Assembly: GCF_051842975.1 (NCBI RefSeq)
Contig: NZ_JBPXRT010000005.1
Source of the DNA: Bacillus sp. Hm123
GTDB taxonomy: Bacteria; Bacillota; Bacilli; Bacillales; Domibacillaceae
Strand: one strand, 5' to 3'
Length of the DNA stretch: 24,000 bases
A program made the position numbers and the translations under genes. Below, one piece after another: positions 1 through 8,463 of this stretch (positions within the stretch are counted from its first letter, which is position 1; each line of letters starts with the position of its first letter). Under the pieces are notes generated by a model. That model was not told the DNA's origin. It made no database searches and saw nothing but the letters and a program-made list of their open reading frames with translations.

Positions 1-592
1 CAGGTACTTCATCCGCGCCAGCTTCAACCATGTTGATCGCATCTTTCGTACCAGCAACCGTTAAGTTCATGTCACTTTTCTCCATTTGTTCAACAGATGG
101 ATTGATGATGAACTCACCATCGATGCGACCTACCACAACTCCAGCAATCGGGCCTTCAAATGGGATATCCGAAACGCTTAATGCTAAAGAAGAACCAAAC
201 ATCGCTGCCATTTCAGAAGAACAATCTTGATCGACACTCATGACAATACTAATAACTTGTACTTCATTACGGAATCCGTCTGCAAACAACGGACGAATTG
301 GACGATCGATTAAACGACTAGCTAACGTCGCTTTTTCACTCGGACGACCTTCACGCTTAATGAATCCACCCGGAATTTTCCCTACCGCATATAAACGCTC
401 TTCATAATTGACTGTCAGTGGGAAAAAGTCTACTGCTTTTGCTTCTTTTGATGCTGTTGCTGTGCTTAACACAACCGTATCTCCATAATGGATTAGTGCT
501 GCTCCATTTGCTTGTTTAGCGACCTCGCCGATTTCTACAGTCAGCGTTCGGCCTGCCCATTCTATGGAAAATGCTTGTTTCCCTTGCTCCAT
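1..592 (-). CDS. pnp: Polynucleotide phosphorylase (PNPase), N-terminal part; the gene runs off the left edge of the window
   Basis: Absent from the ORF track because no stop lies in the window. Reverse-complement translation from ATG (592-590) reads [113 protein letters not shown]... This is the conserved N-terminal RNase PH-like domain of Bacillus PnpA. A GAGAGGGG SD-like run lies 7 nt upstream of the ATG. Confidence 0.9.
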   Translation of the reverse strand, partial: MEQGKQAFSIEWAGRTLTVEIGEVAKQANGAALIHYGDTVVLSTATASKEAKAVDFFPLTVNYEERLYAVGKIPGGFIKREGRPSEKATLASRLIDRPIRPLFADGFRNEVQVISIVMSVDQDCSSEMAAMFGSSLALSVSDIPFEGPIAGVVVGRIDGEFIINPSVEQMEKSDMNLTVAGTKDAINMVEAGADEVP

Positions 593-649
593 AAATGAAC
601 CCCTCTCTATATCAATAAAAATGATGAATAATTTGCAATCCTACATAAT

Positions 650-677
650 AGCATAACATTCGTTGAATGCTCTGCAA
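650..677 (-). promoter_or_regulatory. Candidate sigma-A promoter for pnp (-35 TTGCAG, 16-nt spacer, extended -10 TGtTATGCT)
   Basis: On the minus strand TTGCAG (677-672) and TATGCT (655-650) are separated by 16 nt, with TG two nt upstream of the -10. Read by eye in an AT-rich spacer, so the false-positive risk is high. Confidence 0.25.
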
Positions 678-785
678 AGACATAACCTTTAAATTACCTA
701 TCTTATGTATTATTTACTGAAAACACATTCGTTAAGCATTTATTTTTAACATCAAATGTAAGTAAATACCAAATGTTTTAAACGT

Positions 786-813
786 AATAAAAAAGCGGGA
801 AAAAATCCCGCTT
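786..813 (-). terminator. Rho-independent terminator downstream of rpsO
   Basis: The minus-strand RNA reads AAGCGGGA-UUUUU-UCCCGCUU (arms 813-806 and 800-793) followed by UUUUAUU. It starts 10 nt after the rpsO stop. Confidence 0.75.
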
Positions 814-823
814 CTCGCATTGC

Positions 824-1093
824 TTATCGACGTAAGCCAAGTTTTTGAATTAATTCACGGTAGCGTGAAACGTCTTTGTTACGAAGGTATGTTAACAAGT
901 TACGACGACGTCCTACCATTTTTAAAAGACCACGACGTGAATGATGATCTTTTTTGTGAGTACGTAAGTGATCGTTTAGCGTGTTGATTTGCTCAGTAAG
1001 TACAGCGATTTGTACTTCTGGAGATCCAGTGTCACTCTCGTGTGTTTTAAATTGGTTAATGATTTCGTTCTTACGTTCTTGAGTTAATGCCAT
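824..1093 (-). CDS. rpsO: 30S ribosomal protein S15
   Basis: 89-aa [74 protein letters not shown]... This is canonical S15. AAGGAGGAA SD upstream of the ATG. Syntenic next to pnp. Confidence 0.97.
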   Translation of the reverse strand: MALTQERKNEIINQFKTHESDTGSPEVQIAVLTEQINTLNDHLRTHKKDHHSRRGLLKMVGRRRNLLTYLRNKDVSRYRELIQKLGLRR

Positions 1094-1180
1094 TTGTAAT
1101 TCCTCCTTAAATTTTAAAATCCCCTGTTACTGAGCATGCGTCGGAGTGGCGCGATGCCAAGCAAAGGTTCAATTTATACG
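1094..1180 (-). promoter_or_regulatory. rpsO 5' leader (about 85 nt); possible S15 autoregulatory RNA
   Basis: An untranslated stretch lies between the predicted promoter and the rpsO SD. It contains a GC-rich segment (GGCAUCGCGCCACUCCGACGCAUGC) in an otherwise AT-rich region. I did not derive a fold. Confidence 0.3.
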
Positions 1181-1186
1181 GTCTCA

Positions 1187-1215
1187 ATTGTATCGGATAC
1201 TCTATCAAAATGCAA
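1187..1215 (-). promoter_or_regulatory. Candidate sigma-A promoter for rpsO (-35 TTGCAT, 17-nt spacer, -10 TACAAT)
   Basis: Minus strand: TTGCAT (1215-1210), exactly 17 nt, then TACAAT (1192-1187). It sits downstream of the ribF stop and hairpins and about 90 nt upstream of the rpsO ATG. Confidence 0.5.
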
Positions 1216-1223
1216 GCTTTTTA

Positions 1224-1264
1224 TCTCGTATTAACGAGACTCAATCCCTTCATTGATTGAAGGG
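1224..1264 (-). terminator. Two stem-loops just downstream of ribF; possible weak terminator or 3'-end stabiliser
   Basis: CCCUUCA-AUCAA-UGAAGGG (1264-1246) is followed by UCUCG-UUAAUA-CGAGA (about 1240-1225). Neither has a good U-tract, hence the low confidence. Confidence 0.3.
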
Positions 1265-1269
1265 TCACA

Positions 1270-2226
1270 TTATGATTGCTTAGCTAAGTAATCCATCGCC
1301 ATTTGTTTATCTTGTTCAATTTGCTGGACAAGCGCTTCAATGCCGTTAAATTTCTGCTCTCCTCGAATATGGACAAACCATTGAATAGTTACTTCCTCTC
1401 CGTAAATCGAGTATTGAAAATCAAAAATATGTACTTCAATGGATAGTGAAGGTTCATCCGGATTTTTAAATGTTGGTCTGTATCCAACATTACAAACCCC
1501 TTTATACCACTGACCTTTCACTTTGATCTTCACCGCATACACACCTGTTTTCGGGATGATAAAATCCGTACTTACTTCAACATTGGCAGTCGGAAAGCCG
1601 ATTTTCCTTCCGCGCTTATCTCCATGAATAACGGTCCCTCTCACTTCATATGGTCGACTAACTAATTGATTTACCATCTCCATTTGTCCCTCTTCAAGCA
1701 GTGTCCTTATTCTTGTGGAACTCACTTTTTCTGCTTCATGTTCCAATTTATCAACCGTCGTATAATCAAATTGACTTCGAGAATGAAAATGAATCGTCTC
1801 CATCGTTCCCTTACCTAATCTACCGTACGTATAATCAAAACCAGCTACGACATGTACGACATGTAAACCAATAATATAGCTATCAATAAATTGTTGCGGT
1901 TCTAAAGCAGCAAAATCAGAAGTAAACCGCACGACAAATAAGTAATCCACATCAAGCGATTCAATGACTTTCTTCTTTTCTTGTAATGGCGTAATATATT
2001 TAATTTGCTTATGCTTTCGACCTAACACAACGGAGGGATGCGGGTCAAAGGTCATGACTGCACTTTTGATACCTAACTCTCGTGCTTTGTTCACGGCTGT
2101 TTGAATCACTTGTTGATGACCTTTATGCACACCGTCAAAAAAACCAAGAGCCATAACGAGCGGTGGTAAGCTTTCTCTTTGTAATTGATGAGGATGATGC
2201 AACATGATCATTTCCACTTTTTTCAC
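1270..2226 (-). CDS. ribF: Bifunctional riboflavin kinase / FMN adenylyltransferase (FAD synthetase)
   Basis: 318-aa ORF with ALGFFDGVHKGHQ (nucleotidyltransferase motif), MTFDPHPS, and the C-terminal kinase signature GDKRGRKIGFPTAN...GVYAV...NVGYRPTF. Collinear with B. subtilis RibC. The start is uncertain (GTG at 2226, GTG at 2217 or ATG at 2211). Confidence 0.93.
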   Translation of the reverse strand: MKKVEMIMLHHPHQLQRESLPPLVMALGFFDGVHKGHQQVIQTAVNKARELGIKSAVMTFDPHPSVVLGRKHKQIKYITPLQEKKKVIESLDVDYLFVVRFTSDFAALEPQQFIDSYIIGLHVVHVVAGFDYTYGRLGKGTMETIHFHSRSQFDYTTVDKLEHEAEKVSSTRIRTLLEEGQMEMVNQLVSRPYEVRGTVIHGDKRGRKIGFPTANVEVSTDFIIPKTGVYAVKIKVKGQWYKGVCNVGYRPTFKNPDEPSLSIEVHIFDFQYSIYGEEVTIQWFVHIRGEQKFNGIEALVQQIEQDKQMAMDYLAKQS

Positions 2227-2238
2227 CCTTCTTCCTGG

Positions 2239-3147
2239 TCAATCACCTAATACTTTGACGGGCTTGATCTTTCCCGGCTTTGTCGGATGTAGACCATATA
2301 TAGCTAGTAAATGCCCATGAACAATGACGGCAGCTTCTGTTTCTCCTGCTGGCCAATCATTTGGCTGATCAAGCACAGCGCCGTTTTTCACTTTCTCTGC
2401 TAATGTATCACTTATCTCCCATTTCGGCAAATGGGAAACTCCTTTTTCAAGTGGGTGTAACCAACTCTCGACTTCGTTATTTTCTTGCTTCTCCTCTAGC
2501 TCCTTAAGAGTTAAACAGTCGGCTTGAGTAAATCCACCGGATGAAGTTCTCACCAAGTGTGACATATGAGCAGGATAACCTAGTCTTTCTCCAATCATGA
2601 CAGCAAGGGTACGGATATACGTTCCTTTCCCACAAGCTACTCTAATTGAAAAACGAATCGACTCGCCAGTAAACATTTCTCGATCATCAAGAAGTTCAAT
2701 ACCTTCAATGACAACCCTTCTAGAAGGACGTTCCACTTCGATTCCTTGTCGAGCGTATTCATATAATCGCTTTCCATTAACCTTGACAGCTGAGTACATC
2801 GGTGGAGTTTGAACAATCTCCCCCGTTAAAGACTGCAATACACGTAAAACATCTTCCCTCGAAAATGATTCCGTTATCGTTTTTTGTTCCACAGTCTCAC
2901 CAGAAGCATCTTCTGTTGTTGTAGAGTGACCGATCATCACTTCGGCAACATACTCTTTCCCTGAATTCATGATATACTCAGATAATTTCGTTGCTCGACC
3001 GATACAAATGGGCAAAACTCCCTCAACATCAGGATCAAGCGTACCTGTATGCCCGACTTTTTTTGTACGCAAAATTTTTCTAATGCGGAAAACGCAGTCA
3101 TGAGAGGTCATTCCTTTTTCTTTCCAAAGTGGTAATATACCGTTCAT
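2239..3147 (-). CDS. truB: tRNA pseudouridine(55) synthase
   Basis: Contains GMTSHD...KVGHTGTLDPDVEGVLPICIGRATK (catalytic Asp motif) and PPMYSAVKVNGKRLYEYAR. The ORF track starts at 3168, but the ATG at 3147 is preceded by AAGGAGAG at 9 nt and matches the B. subtilis N-terminus (M-NG-L-L-K--GMTSHD). Confidence 0.93.
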   Translation of the reverse strand: MNGILPLWKEKGMTSHDCVFRIRKILRTKKVGHTGTLDPDVEGVLPICIGRATKLSEYIMNSGKEYVAEVMIGHSTTTEDASGETVEQKTITESFSREDVLRVLQSLTGEIVQTPPMYSAVKVNGKRLYEYARQGIEVERPSRRVVIEGIELLDDREMFTGESIRFSIRVACGKGTYIRTLAVMIGERLGYPAHMSHLVRTSSGGFTQADCLTLKELEEKQENNEVESWLHPLEKGVSHLPKWEISDTLAEKVKNGAVLDQPNDWPAGETEAAVIVHGHLLAIYGLHPTKPGKIKPVKVLGD

Positions 3148-3176
3148 CCTGATTCTCTCCTTGTTCATTTTCTTCG

Positions 3177-3202
3177 TAAAAAAAAGAGGTCTTAAGCCTC
3201 TT
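3177..3202 (-). terminator. Rho-independent terminator after rbfA (end of the rimP-nusA-infB-rbfA operon)
   Basis: The minus-strand RNA reads AAGAGG-CUUAAGA-CCUCUU (3202-3197 pairs with 3189-3184) followed by UUUUUU (3183-3178). Confidence 0.7.
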
Positions 3203-3211
3203 CATGAATGA

Positions 3212-3240
3212 AATATAGAAAAAAGTCTATAGGCATTCAA
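3212..3240 (-). promoter_or_regulatory. Candidate sigma-A promoter (-35 TTGAAT, 17-nt spacer, -10 TATATT) between the rbfA stop and the rbfA terminator
   Basis: Minus strand: TTGAAT (3240-3235), 17 nt, then TATATT (3217-3212). The hexamers are good, but the site lies upstream of the terminator hairpin. It is either an attenuated truB-ribF promoter or a chance match in AT-rich DNA. Confidence 0.3.
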
Positions 3241-3268
3241 TTGAAGAAGCGAAAGACCCTTCCTTTTA

Positions 3269-3610
3269 TTATTCGCTGTCAATTTCTCTTAGCAGCGCAT
3301 CAATTCGATTTCCGTAAGCAATCGATTCATCGAATTCGAACAATAACTCTGGTGTTTTACGAAGACGGATTCTCTGTCCAACTTCAGAACGGATAAATCC
3401 TTTCGCTTTAGCAAGAGCTTTTAACGTTTCTTCCCGTTTTTGCTCATCGCCAAGCACAGTAATATAAACCTTCGCTTGTTGGAGATCTCCAGTGACTTCT
3501 ACATCTGTCACTGTAATAAAGCCAATGCGAGGGTCCTTCACTTTACGGTTTAAAATATCCGTTAACTCTTTTTTCATTTGTTCTCCGACACGATTCGAAC
3601 GAAGCGTCAT
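3269..3610 (-). CDS. rbfA: Ribosome-binding factor A (30S maturation)
   Basis: 113-aa ORF ...[48 protein letters not shown]... This is typical RbfA. Syntenic after infB-ylxP. Confidence 0.95.
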   Translation of the reverse strand: MTLRSNRVGEQMKKELTDILNRKVKDPRIGFITVTDVEVTGDLQQAKVYITVLGDEQKREETLKALAKAKGFIRSEVGQRIRLRKTPELLFEFDESIAYGNRIDALLREIDSE

Positions 3611-3624
3611 CTTTGTTCACCTCT

Positions 3625-3903
3625 TTATAACCATTCATAAGATGTCATCAGCCGCTCCCATTCAGGAAAAGAGTCTAGAAATTTTAGTGCATTTTCTAGT
3701 TCCCTCTCAGTTGCCTGTTTGGAGGAAGCAACGGTGACAATGGTAAGCTGCGTCCGTTGCCAAACATCTTGATGGTTCGTTTCAGCAACAGACACATTTA
3801 ATTTTTGCTTTAGGCGAGTGATTGTACGTTGAAGCACGGCCCGCTTTTCTTTTAAAGAATGGGACTCATGAATGACATATTCTACTTTAACGCAACCAAT
3901 CAT
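3625..3903 (-). CDS. ylxP: DUF503 family protein YlxP
   Basis: 92-aa ORF. Its ATG overlaps the infB stop (ATGA, 3903-3900). Position and size match B. subtilis ylxP between infB and rbfA. Confidence 0.85.
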   Translation of the reverse strand: MIGCVKVEYVIHESHSLKEKRAVLQRTITRLKQKLNVSVAETNHQDVWQRTQLTIVTVASSKQATERELENALKFLDSFPEWERLMTSYEWL

Positions 3904-5984
3904 TTACGCTCAATTTCCTCTTCAATGAAGGCTTCAATAATGTCGCCTTCCTTCACATCATTGAAGTTTTTAATCGTGATTCCGCACTCATAACCTTGAG
4001 CGACTTCTTTCGCATCATCTTTGAAGCGTCTTAGTGCATCCACTTCCCCTTCAAAAATTACGATGCCATCACGAATTAAGCGAACACCGCTATCGCGAGT
4101 GATTTTTCCTTCTGTCACATAAGATCCAGCAATGGTACCGACTTTCGATACTTTAAATGTTTGACGGACTTCTGCTTGACCGATAATTTTTTCTTGGAAT
4201 TCTGGATCAAGCATTCCTTTCATCGCCGCTTCAATTTCTTCGATCACTTTATAAATGATGCGGTGAAGACGTACATCTACTTCTTCCGCTTCCGCTGCAC
4301 GTTTCGCATTCACATCTGGGCGTACATTGAAGCCAATAACGATTGCGTTAGAAGCTGAGGCAAGAATAACATCTGACTCAGTAATCGCTCCAACACCTGT
4401 GTGAATGATTTTCACATTTACGCCTTCTACTTCAAGCTTTTGCAGGGCAGCAGCAACGGCTTCAAGCGACCCTTGAACATCGGCTTTTAATACGATATTT
4501 AAATCTTTCATTTCCCCTTGTTTCATATGTTCAAACAAGTTATCTAAGCTCACGCGTGATTTCTCGCTACGTTGCGCTTGTAACGCCTCTTGAGCACGGG
4601 ATTCACCGATTTGGCGAGCTGTTTTCTCATCTTCAAACACGACGAAACGGTCTCCCGCTAATGGTACATCATTTAATCCGGTAATTTCTACAGGTGTAGA
4701 AGGTCCGGCTACTTTCACTCGACGTCCTAGATCATTGACCATCGCACGTACACGACCGAACGTGTTACCAACAACGATTGGGTCTCCTACATTTAACGTA
4801 CCGTTTTGAACGAGTAACGTCGCAACAGAACCGCGGCCTTTATCAAGCTGAGCCTCGATCACTGTTCCAATCGCACGACGATCTGGATTCGCCTTCAGCT
4901 CTTCTACTTCAGCAACAAGTAGAATCATTTCAATCAATGTGTCAATTCCTTCACCGTGTTTCGCTGATAGAGGAACGAAAATCGTTTCGCCGCCCCAAGC
5001 TTCTGGTAAAAGACCATGCTCAGTCAATTCTTGCATTACGCGATCTGGGTTCGCTGTTGGCTTATCAATTTTGTTGACAGCAACAATAATCGGTACTTCT
5101 GCCGCTTTCGCATGATTGATCGCTTCAATTGTTTGTGGCATAACTCCATCATCCGCAGCCACAACAAGGATTGTGATATCTGTAATTTTCGCTCCGCGAG
5201 CACGCATCGTTGTAAACGCCGCATGTCCAGGTGTATCAAGGAACGTGATTTTTTTGTCTTGCTCCTCAATTTGATACGCACCGATATGCTGGGTAATTCC
5301 GCCAGCTTCTCCTTCAGTGACCTTCGTGTTTCGAATAGAATCAAGAAGCGTTGTTTTCCCATGGTCGACGTGTCCCATGATCGTTACTACTGCTGGTCTT
5401 TCAATTACTTCCTCTTCTTCATCAACTTCAAAATACACTTCTAGATCTGCTTTATCAATTAAGATTTCTTCTTCTACTTCCACACCGTATTCACCAGCAA
5501 TTAATTCAATCGCATCGCCTTCTAATTCTTGGTTAATCGTAGCCATTACACCTAACATGAACAACTTTTTAATAATTTCAGACGGCTCACGATTTAATTT
5601 CTTAGCCAATTCCGTTACTGTTAATGATTCAGTAAATGTAATTTTTTCTGGTAATTCTTTCACTTTAGGTGGAGTCGGTACAGCAGGTTTGACGTTTTTT
5701 TGTTTGTTGCCTTGTCTATTACGTCCTTGAGCTTTATTATTTCCTTTTTGATGAGGATTTCTCTTATTACCTTGAGATTTTGCTCCCTGTTTTGGTTTCG
5801 ATGTAGAACCTTTACCAGCACTTTGTGTATTACTTGTTTTTGATTGATTTAATGATTTATCCAATGTTTGTGTAGCCCCCTTGTCAATAACAGTCATATG
5901 ATTAGAGACTTCAATATTCCACTCTTTCAACTTATCAATGACTACTTTATTTGACACGTTTTTTTCTTTCGCATATTCATACAC
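3900..5984 (-). CDS. infB: Translation initiation factor IF-2
   Basis: 694 aa with a GTPase core ([26 protein letters not shown]) and a C-terminal domain collinear with Bacillus IF2. The ORF begins at GTG 5984. The expected ATG at 5996 is cut off by an in-frame TAA (see findings). Confidence 0.95.
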   Translation of the reverse strand: MYEYAKEKNVSNKVVIDKLKEWNIEVSNHMTVIDKGATQTLDKSLNQSKTSNTQSAGKGSTSKPKQGAKSQGNKRNPHQKGNNKAQGRNRQGNKQKNVKPAVPTPPKVKELPEKITFTESLTVTELAKKLNREPSEIIKKLFMLGVMATINQELEGDAIELIAGEYGVEVEEEILIDKADLEVYFEVDEEEEVIERPAVVTIMGHVDHGKTTLLDSIRNTKVTEGEAGGITQHIGAYQIEEQDKKITFLDTPGHAAFTTMRARGAKITDITILVVAADDGVMPQTIEAINHAKAAEVPIIVAVNKIDKPTANPDRVMQELTEHGLLPEAWGGETIFVPLSAKHGEGIDTLIEMILLVAEVEELKANPDRRAIGTVIEAQLDKGRGSVATLLVQNGTLNVGDPIVVGNTFGRVRAMVNDLGRRVKVAGPSTPVEITGLNDVPLAGDRFVVFEDEKTARQIGESRAQEALQAQRSEKSRVSLDNLFEHMKQGEMKDLNIVLKADVQGSLEAVAAALQKLEVEGVNVKIIHTGVGAITESDVILASASNAIVIGFNVRPDVNAKRAAEAEEVDVRLHRIIYKVIEEIEAAMKGMLDPEFQEKIIGQAEVRQTFKVSKVGTIAGSYVTEGKITRDSGVRLIRDGIVIFEGEVDALRRFKDDAKEVAQGYECGITIKNFNDVKEGDIIEAFIEEEIERK

Positions 5985-6003
5985 TTTTTAAGCCATGATA
6001 TGT

Positions 6004-6324
6004 TCACCCTTGCGTATAATCATCAAGGAGGGTAGAAAGCTTGTTGGCAAAGCCTGAATCAAGCACCGCTAAAACAACTCTAGCCTCTTTGCCAATTGCC
6101 TGACCTAGAACATATCGATCATCTACCCATCTTACGGGCACTCGATAAAAATTTGCTTTATCTTGAATTTTCTTCTTTGTATTAGGTGAAGCATCCATCG
6201 ACAGCAAAATCAGCTTCGCTTGGCCTCTTTGAATTTCCTTTACTGTCAGTTCTTCACCAGAAATAATTTTTCTTGCACGGTTAGCTAATCCGAGTAATCC
6301 TACCCATTGAGGTTGCTTCATCAA
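6004..6324 (-). CDS. ylxQ: L7Ae-family RNA-binding protein YlxQ
   Basis: 106-aa ORF ...[55 protein letters not shown]... It fits the L7Ae/L30e fold family. Conserved position between ylxR and infB. The start is TTG 6324 or ATG 6321. Confidence 0.85.
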   Translation of the reverse strand: MMKQPQWVGLLGLANRARKIISGEELTVKEIQRGQAKLILLSMDASPNTKKKIQDKANFYRVPVRWVDDRYVLGQAIGKEARVVLAVLDSGFANKLSTLLDDYTQG

Positions 6325-6603
6325 TTAATGATTCTCCTTTTCCACAAGAGACCACAATTCCTCGAAAATAGCATCTGGTACCTCTGCACTTAAATGTCGG
6401 GATAAGATCCCTCTTTTTTTCGCTAATTCAACAGCTTCTTTATTTTTAGATAAATAAGCTCCACGCCCAGATTTTTTACCCGTTAAGTCAACAGATACGT
6501 CTCCTTCTTTCGAACGGACGATTCTTACCATTTCTTTTTTAGATTTCATTTCGCCTGTTGCTACGCATTTTCTTAATGGAACTTTTTTTTGGTTAGCCAT
6601 CAT
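6325..6603 (-). CDS. ylxR: YlxR/RnpM family protein (DUF448)
   Basis: 92-aa ORF with PLRKCVATGEMKSKKEMVRIV...GRGAYL, the hallmark of YlxR. It lies immediately downstream of nusA. Confidence 0.85.
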   Translation of the reverse strand: MMANQKKVPLRKCVATGEMKSKKEMVRIVRSKEGDVSVDLTGKKSGRGAYLSKNKEAVELAKKRGILSRHLSAEVPDAIFEELWSLVEKENH

Positions 6604-6613
6604 TCTTCACCTC

Positions 6614-7732
6614 TTATTCAATTTCTTCGGAGGAAAAGTCATAAGCTTCTTCATCTACAGATTGGATCACGATGTCTTCTCGCGGATAAATCCCGGCTTC
6701 GCGAGCATCTGATTCGCTCTTAATATCGATCTTCCAGTTCGTTAATTTGGCAGCTAAACGAGCATTTTGACCTCTTTTTCCAATTGCAAGAGAAAGCTGA
6801 TAATCCGGTACAACGACTGTTGTCGCTTTGTTCTCTTCGTCTACTTGTACATCGACCACTTTCGATGGACTTAAAGCGTTAGCAACAAAAACGACTGGGT
6901 CTTCCGACCATTTTACAATGTCAATTTTCTCGCCTTTTAGTTCATTGACAATCGCTTGTACACGGTTCCCTTTTGGACCAACGCATGCACCGACAGGATC
7001 AATTTCTGGATTTTCTGCATAGACAGAGATTTTCGAACGATCTCCTGCTTCGCGTGAAACCGAACGGATTTCAACCGTACCATCGAAGATTTCCGGCACT
7101 TCAATTTCAAACAAGCGCTTTAATAAGCCTGGATGCGTTCTTGAAACAAAGATTTGTGGGCCTTTTGTCGTTCTCTCTACTTTTGTAATAAAGACTTTAA
7201 TGCGGTCATGTGGCTTATAGCTTTCATTCGGCATTTGTTCAGATAACGGTAATAAAGCTTCGATTTTGCCGAGGCTCACATAGATAAAACGAGAATCTTG
7301 ACGTTGAACGATCCCAGTCATAATATCTTCTTCACGGTCGATAAATTCGGAATAAATAATTCCTCTTTCCGCTTCACGCACGCGTTGAGTAACTACTTGC
7401 TTCGCCGTTTGAGCGGCAATGCGACCAAAGTCCTTCGGTGTTACTTCTAACTCTACAATATCGCCAATTTCATAGGCTGGATTTACTTCTCGCGCATCCG
7501 TTTCTGAAATTTCTAAGCGACTATCAAATACTTCGTCTACCACTTCTTTACGTGCAAATACACGCATTGTACCTGTGGCTAAATTCAAATCCACGCGAAC
7601 ATTTTGCGCTTGATTAAAGTTGCGCTTATAGGCAGAAACAAGTGCTGCTTCAATTGCCTCAATGATCACATCTCTTTCAATTCCTTTTTCTTTCTCTAAG
7701 TACAAAAGAGCATCATATAATTCAGTGCTCAT
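6614..7732 (-). CDS. nusA: Transcription termination/antitermination factor NusA
   Basis: 372-aa ORF MSTELYDALLYLEKEKGIERDVIIEAIEAALVSAYKRNFNQAQNVRVDL... with S1 and KH regions (GPKGNRVQAIVNELKGEKIDIV, LAIGKRGQNARLAAKLTNWKIDI). AAGGGGG SD. Confidence 0.97.
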   Translation of the reverse strand: MSTELYDALLYLEKEKGIERDVIIEAIEAALVSAYKRNFNQAQNVRVDLNLATGTMRVFARKEVVDEVFDSRLEISETDAREVNPAYEIGDIVELEVTPKDFGRIAAQTAKQVVTQRVREAERGIIYSEFIDREEDIMTGIVQRQDSRFIYVSLGKIEALLPLSEQMPNESYKPHDRIKVFITKVERTTKGPQIFVSRTHPGLLKRLFEIEVPEIFDGTVEIRSVSREAGDRSKISVYAENPEIDPVGACVGPKGNRVQAIVNELKGEKIDIVKWSEDPVVFVANALSPSKVVDVQVDEENKATTVVVPDYQLSLAIGKRGQNARLAAKLTNWKIDIKSESDAREAGIYPREDIVIQSVDEEAYDFSSEEIE

Positions 7733-7820
7733 CGAACGTTCCGCCCCCTTAAATTAATTCAAACGATCCTTTATGGAAAGTTCTTCAAAAACAAATTCCC
7801 TTTCATCCATCATTTCATTG

Positions 7821-7866
7821 AAAAAGCCGATTCATTCGGCAAAAATGAGGGTGGGCCTCCACTCTC
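7821..7866 (-). terminator. Tandem terminator-like hairpins in the 143-nt rimP-nusA spacer
   Basis: Minus-strand hairpin A is GAG(A)GUGG-AGGC-CCAC(C)CUC (7866-7847) followed by AUUUUU. Hairpin B is GCCGA-AUGAA-UCGGC (7840-7826) followed by UUUUU (7825-7821). Confidence 0.45.
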
Positions 7867-7875
7867 CTCTATCAT

Positions 7876-8346
7876 TTAAGAGAAGGAAACAGCAAGGCGT
7901 GCTTTCGCTACTTTCTCCATCGGAATTTCCACTTGTTTTTTTCTTGTTTTGACCATATATTCAACGGTCAATGATTCTTGGTCATAGGATAATAATGTGC
8001 CTTCAAAAGCTTTTTCACCATCAATCGCTTCATACGTTTTCACATGTACTCTTTTGCCGATGGCTCTTTCGAAGTCTTTTGTTTTTTTCAGCGGTCTCTC
8101 CGCTCCTGGCGAAGATACCTCAAGGAAATAGTTGTATGGAATAGGATCTTTCGCATCTAGTTGCTCGCTTAAACGTTCACTCACGATGCCACATTCTTCA
8201 ATATCCACACCCGTTTCTTTGTCGATATAAATACGCAAAAACCAGTTCTTACCTTCTTTGACGTATTCAATGTCGACTAATTCCAAGTTTAAATCTTCTG
8301 TGATTGGTGTTACTAGCTCTTCTACGATTTCCATTACTTTGCTCAT
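7876..8346 (-). CDS. rimP: Ribosome maturation factor RimP
   Basis: 156-aa ORF ...[44 protein letters not shown]...[14 protein letters not shown]... matches YlxS/RimP. AGGAGG SD 6 nt upstream of the ATG. Confidence 0.93.
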   Translation of the reverse strand: MSKVMEIVEELVTPITEDLNLELVDIEYVKEGKNWFLRIYIDKETGVDIEECGIVSERLSEQLDAKDPIPYNYFLEVSSPGAERPLKKTKDFERAIGKRVHVKTYEAIDGEKAFEGTLLSYDQESLTVEYMVKTRKKQVEIPMEKVAKARLAVSFS

Positions 8347-8394
8347 CTAATACCTCCTGGTTGACTAGCTTTCCGGACCAAGAAATGAAACTCT

Positions 8395-8430
8395 ATACAA
8401 ACACGAAAGAGTGGGGATGCCCCACTCTTT
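8395..8430 (-). terminator. Perfect 11-bp hairpin with an interrupted U-tract; polC terminator and/or rimP-nusA leader attenuator
   Basis: The minus-strand RNA reads AAAGAGUGGGG-CAU-CCCCACUCUUU (8430-8406) followed by CGUGUUUGUAU. It lies downstream of the polC stop and also downstream of the predicted rimP promoter. Confidence 0.5.
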
Positions 8431-8463
8431 CACAGAGAGTTATCAATTAGTATTTCCATTAAA

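Noticed and set aside
656-740. Direct repeat ACATTCGTT(G/A)A..GC at about 656 and about 724 in the pnp leader
   Set aside because: Only about 9-10 nt are shared in an AT-rich spacer, and I found no dyad symmetry or third copy. Insufficient to call an operator.
4161-5730. Antisense and alternate-frame ORFs inside infB (4161..4358+, 4778..5077+, 5016..5444+, 5036..5362-, 5317..5730+)
   Set aside because: They are fully nested in a strongly supported conserved CDS, have low-complexity or odd composition, and have no SDs. Typical shadow ORFs.
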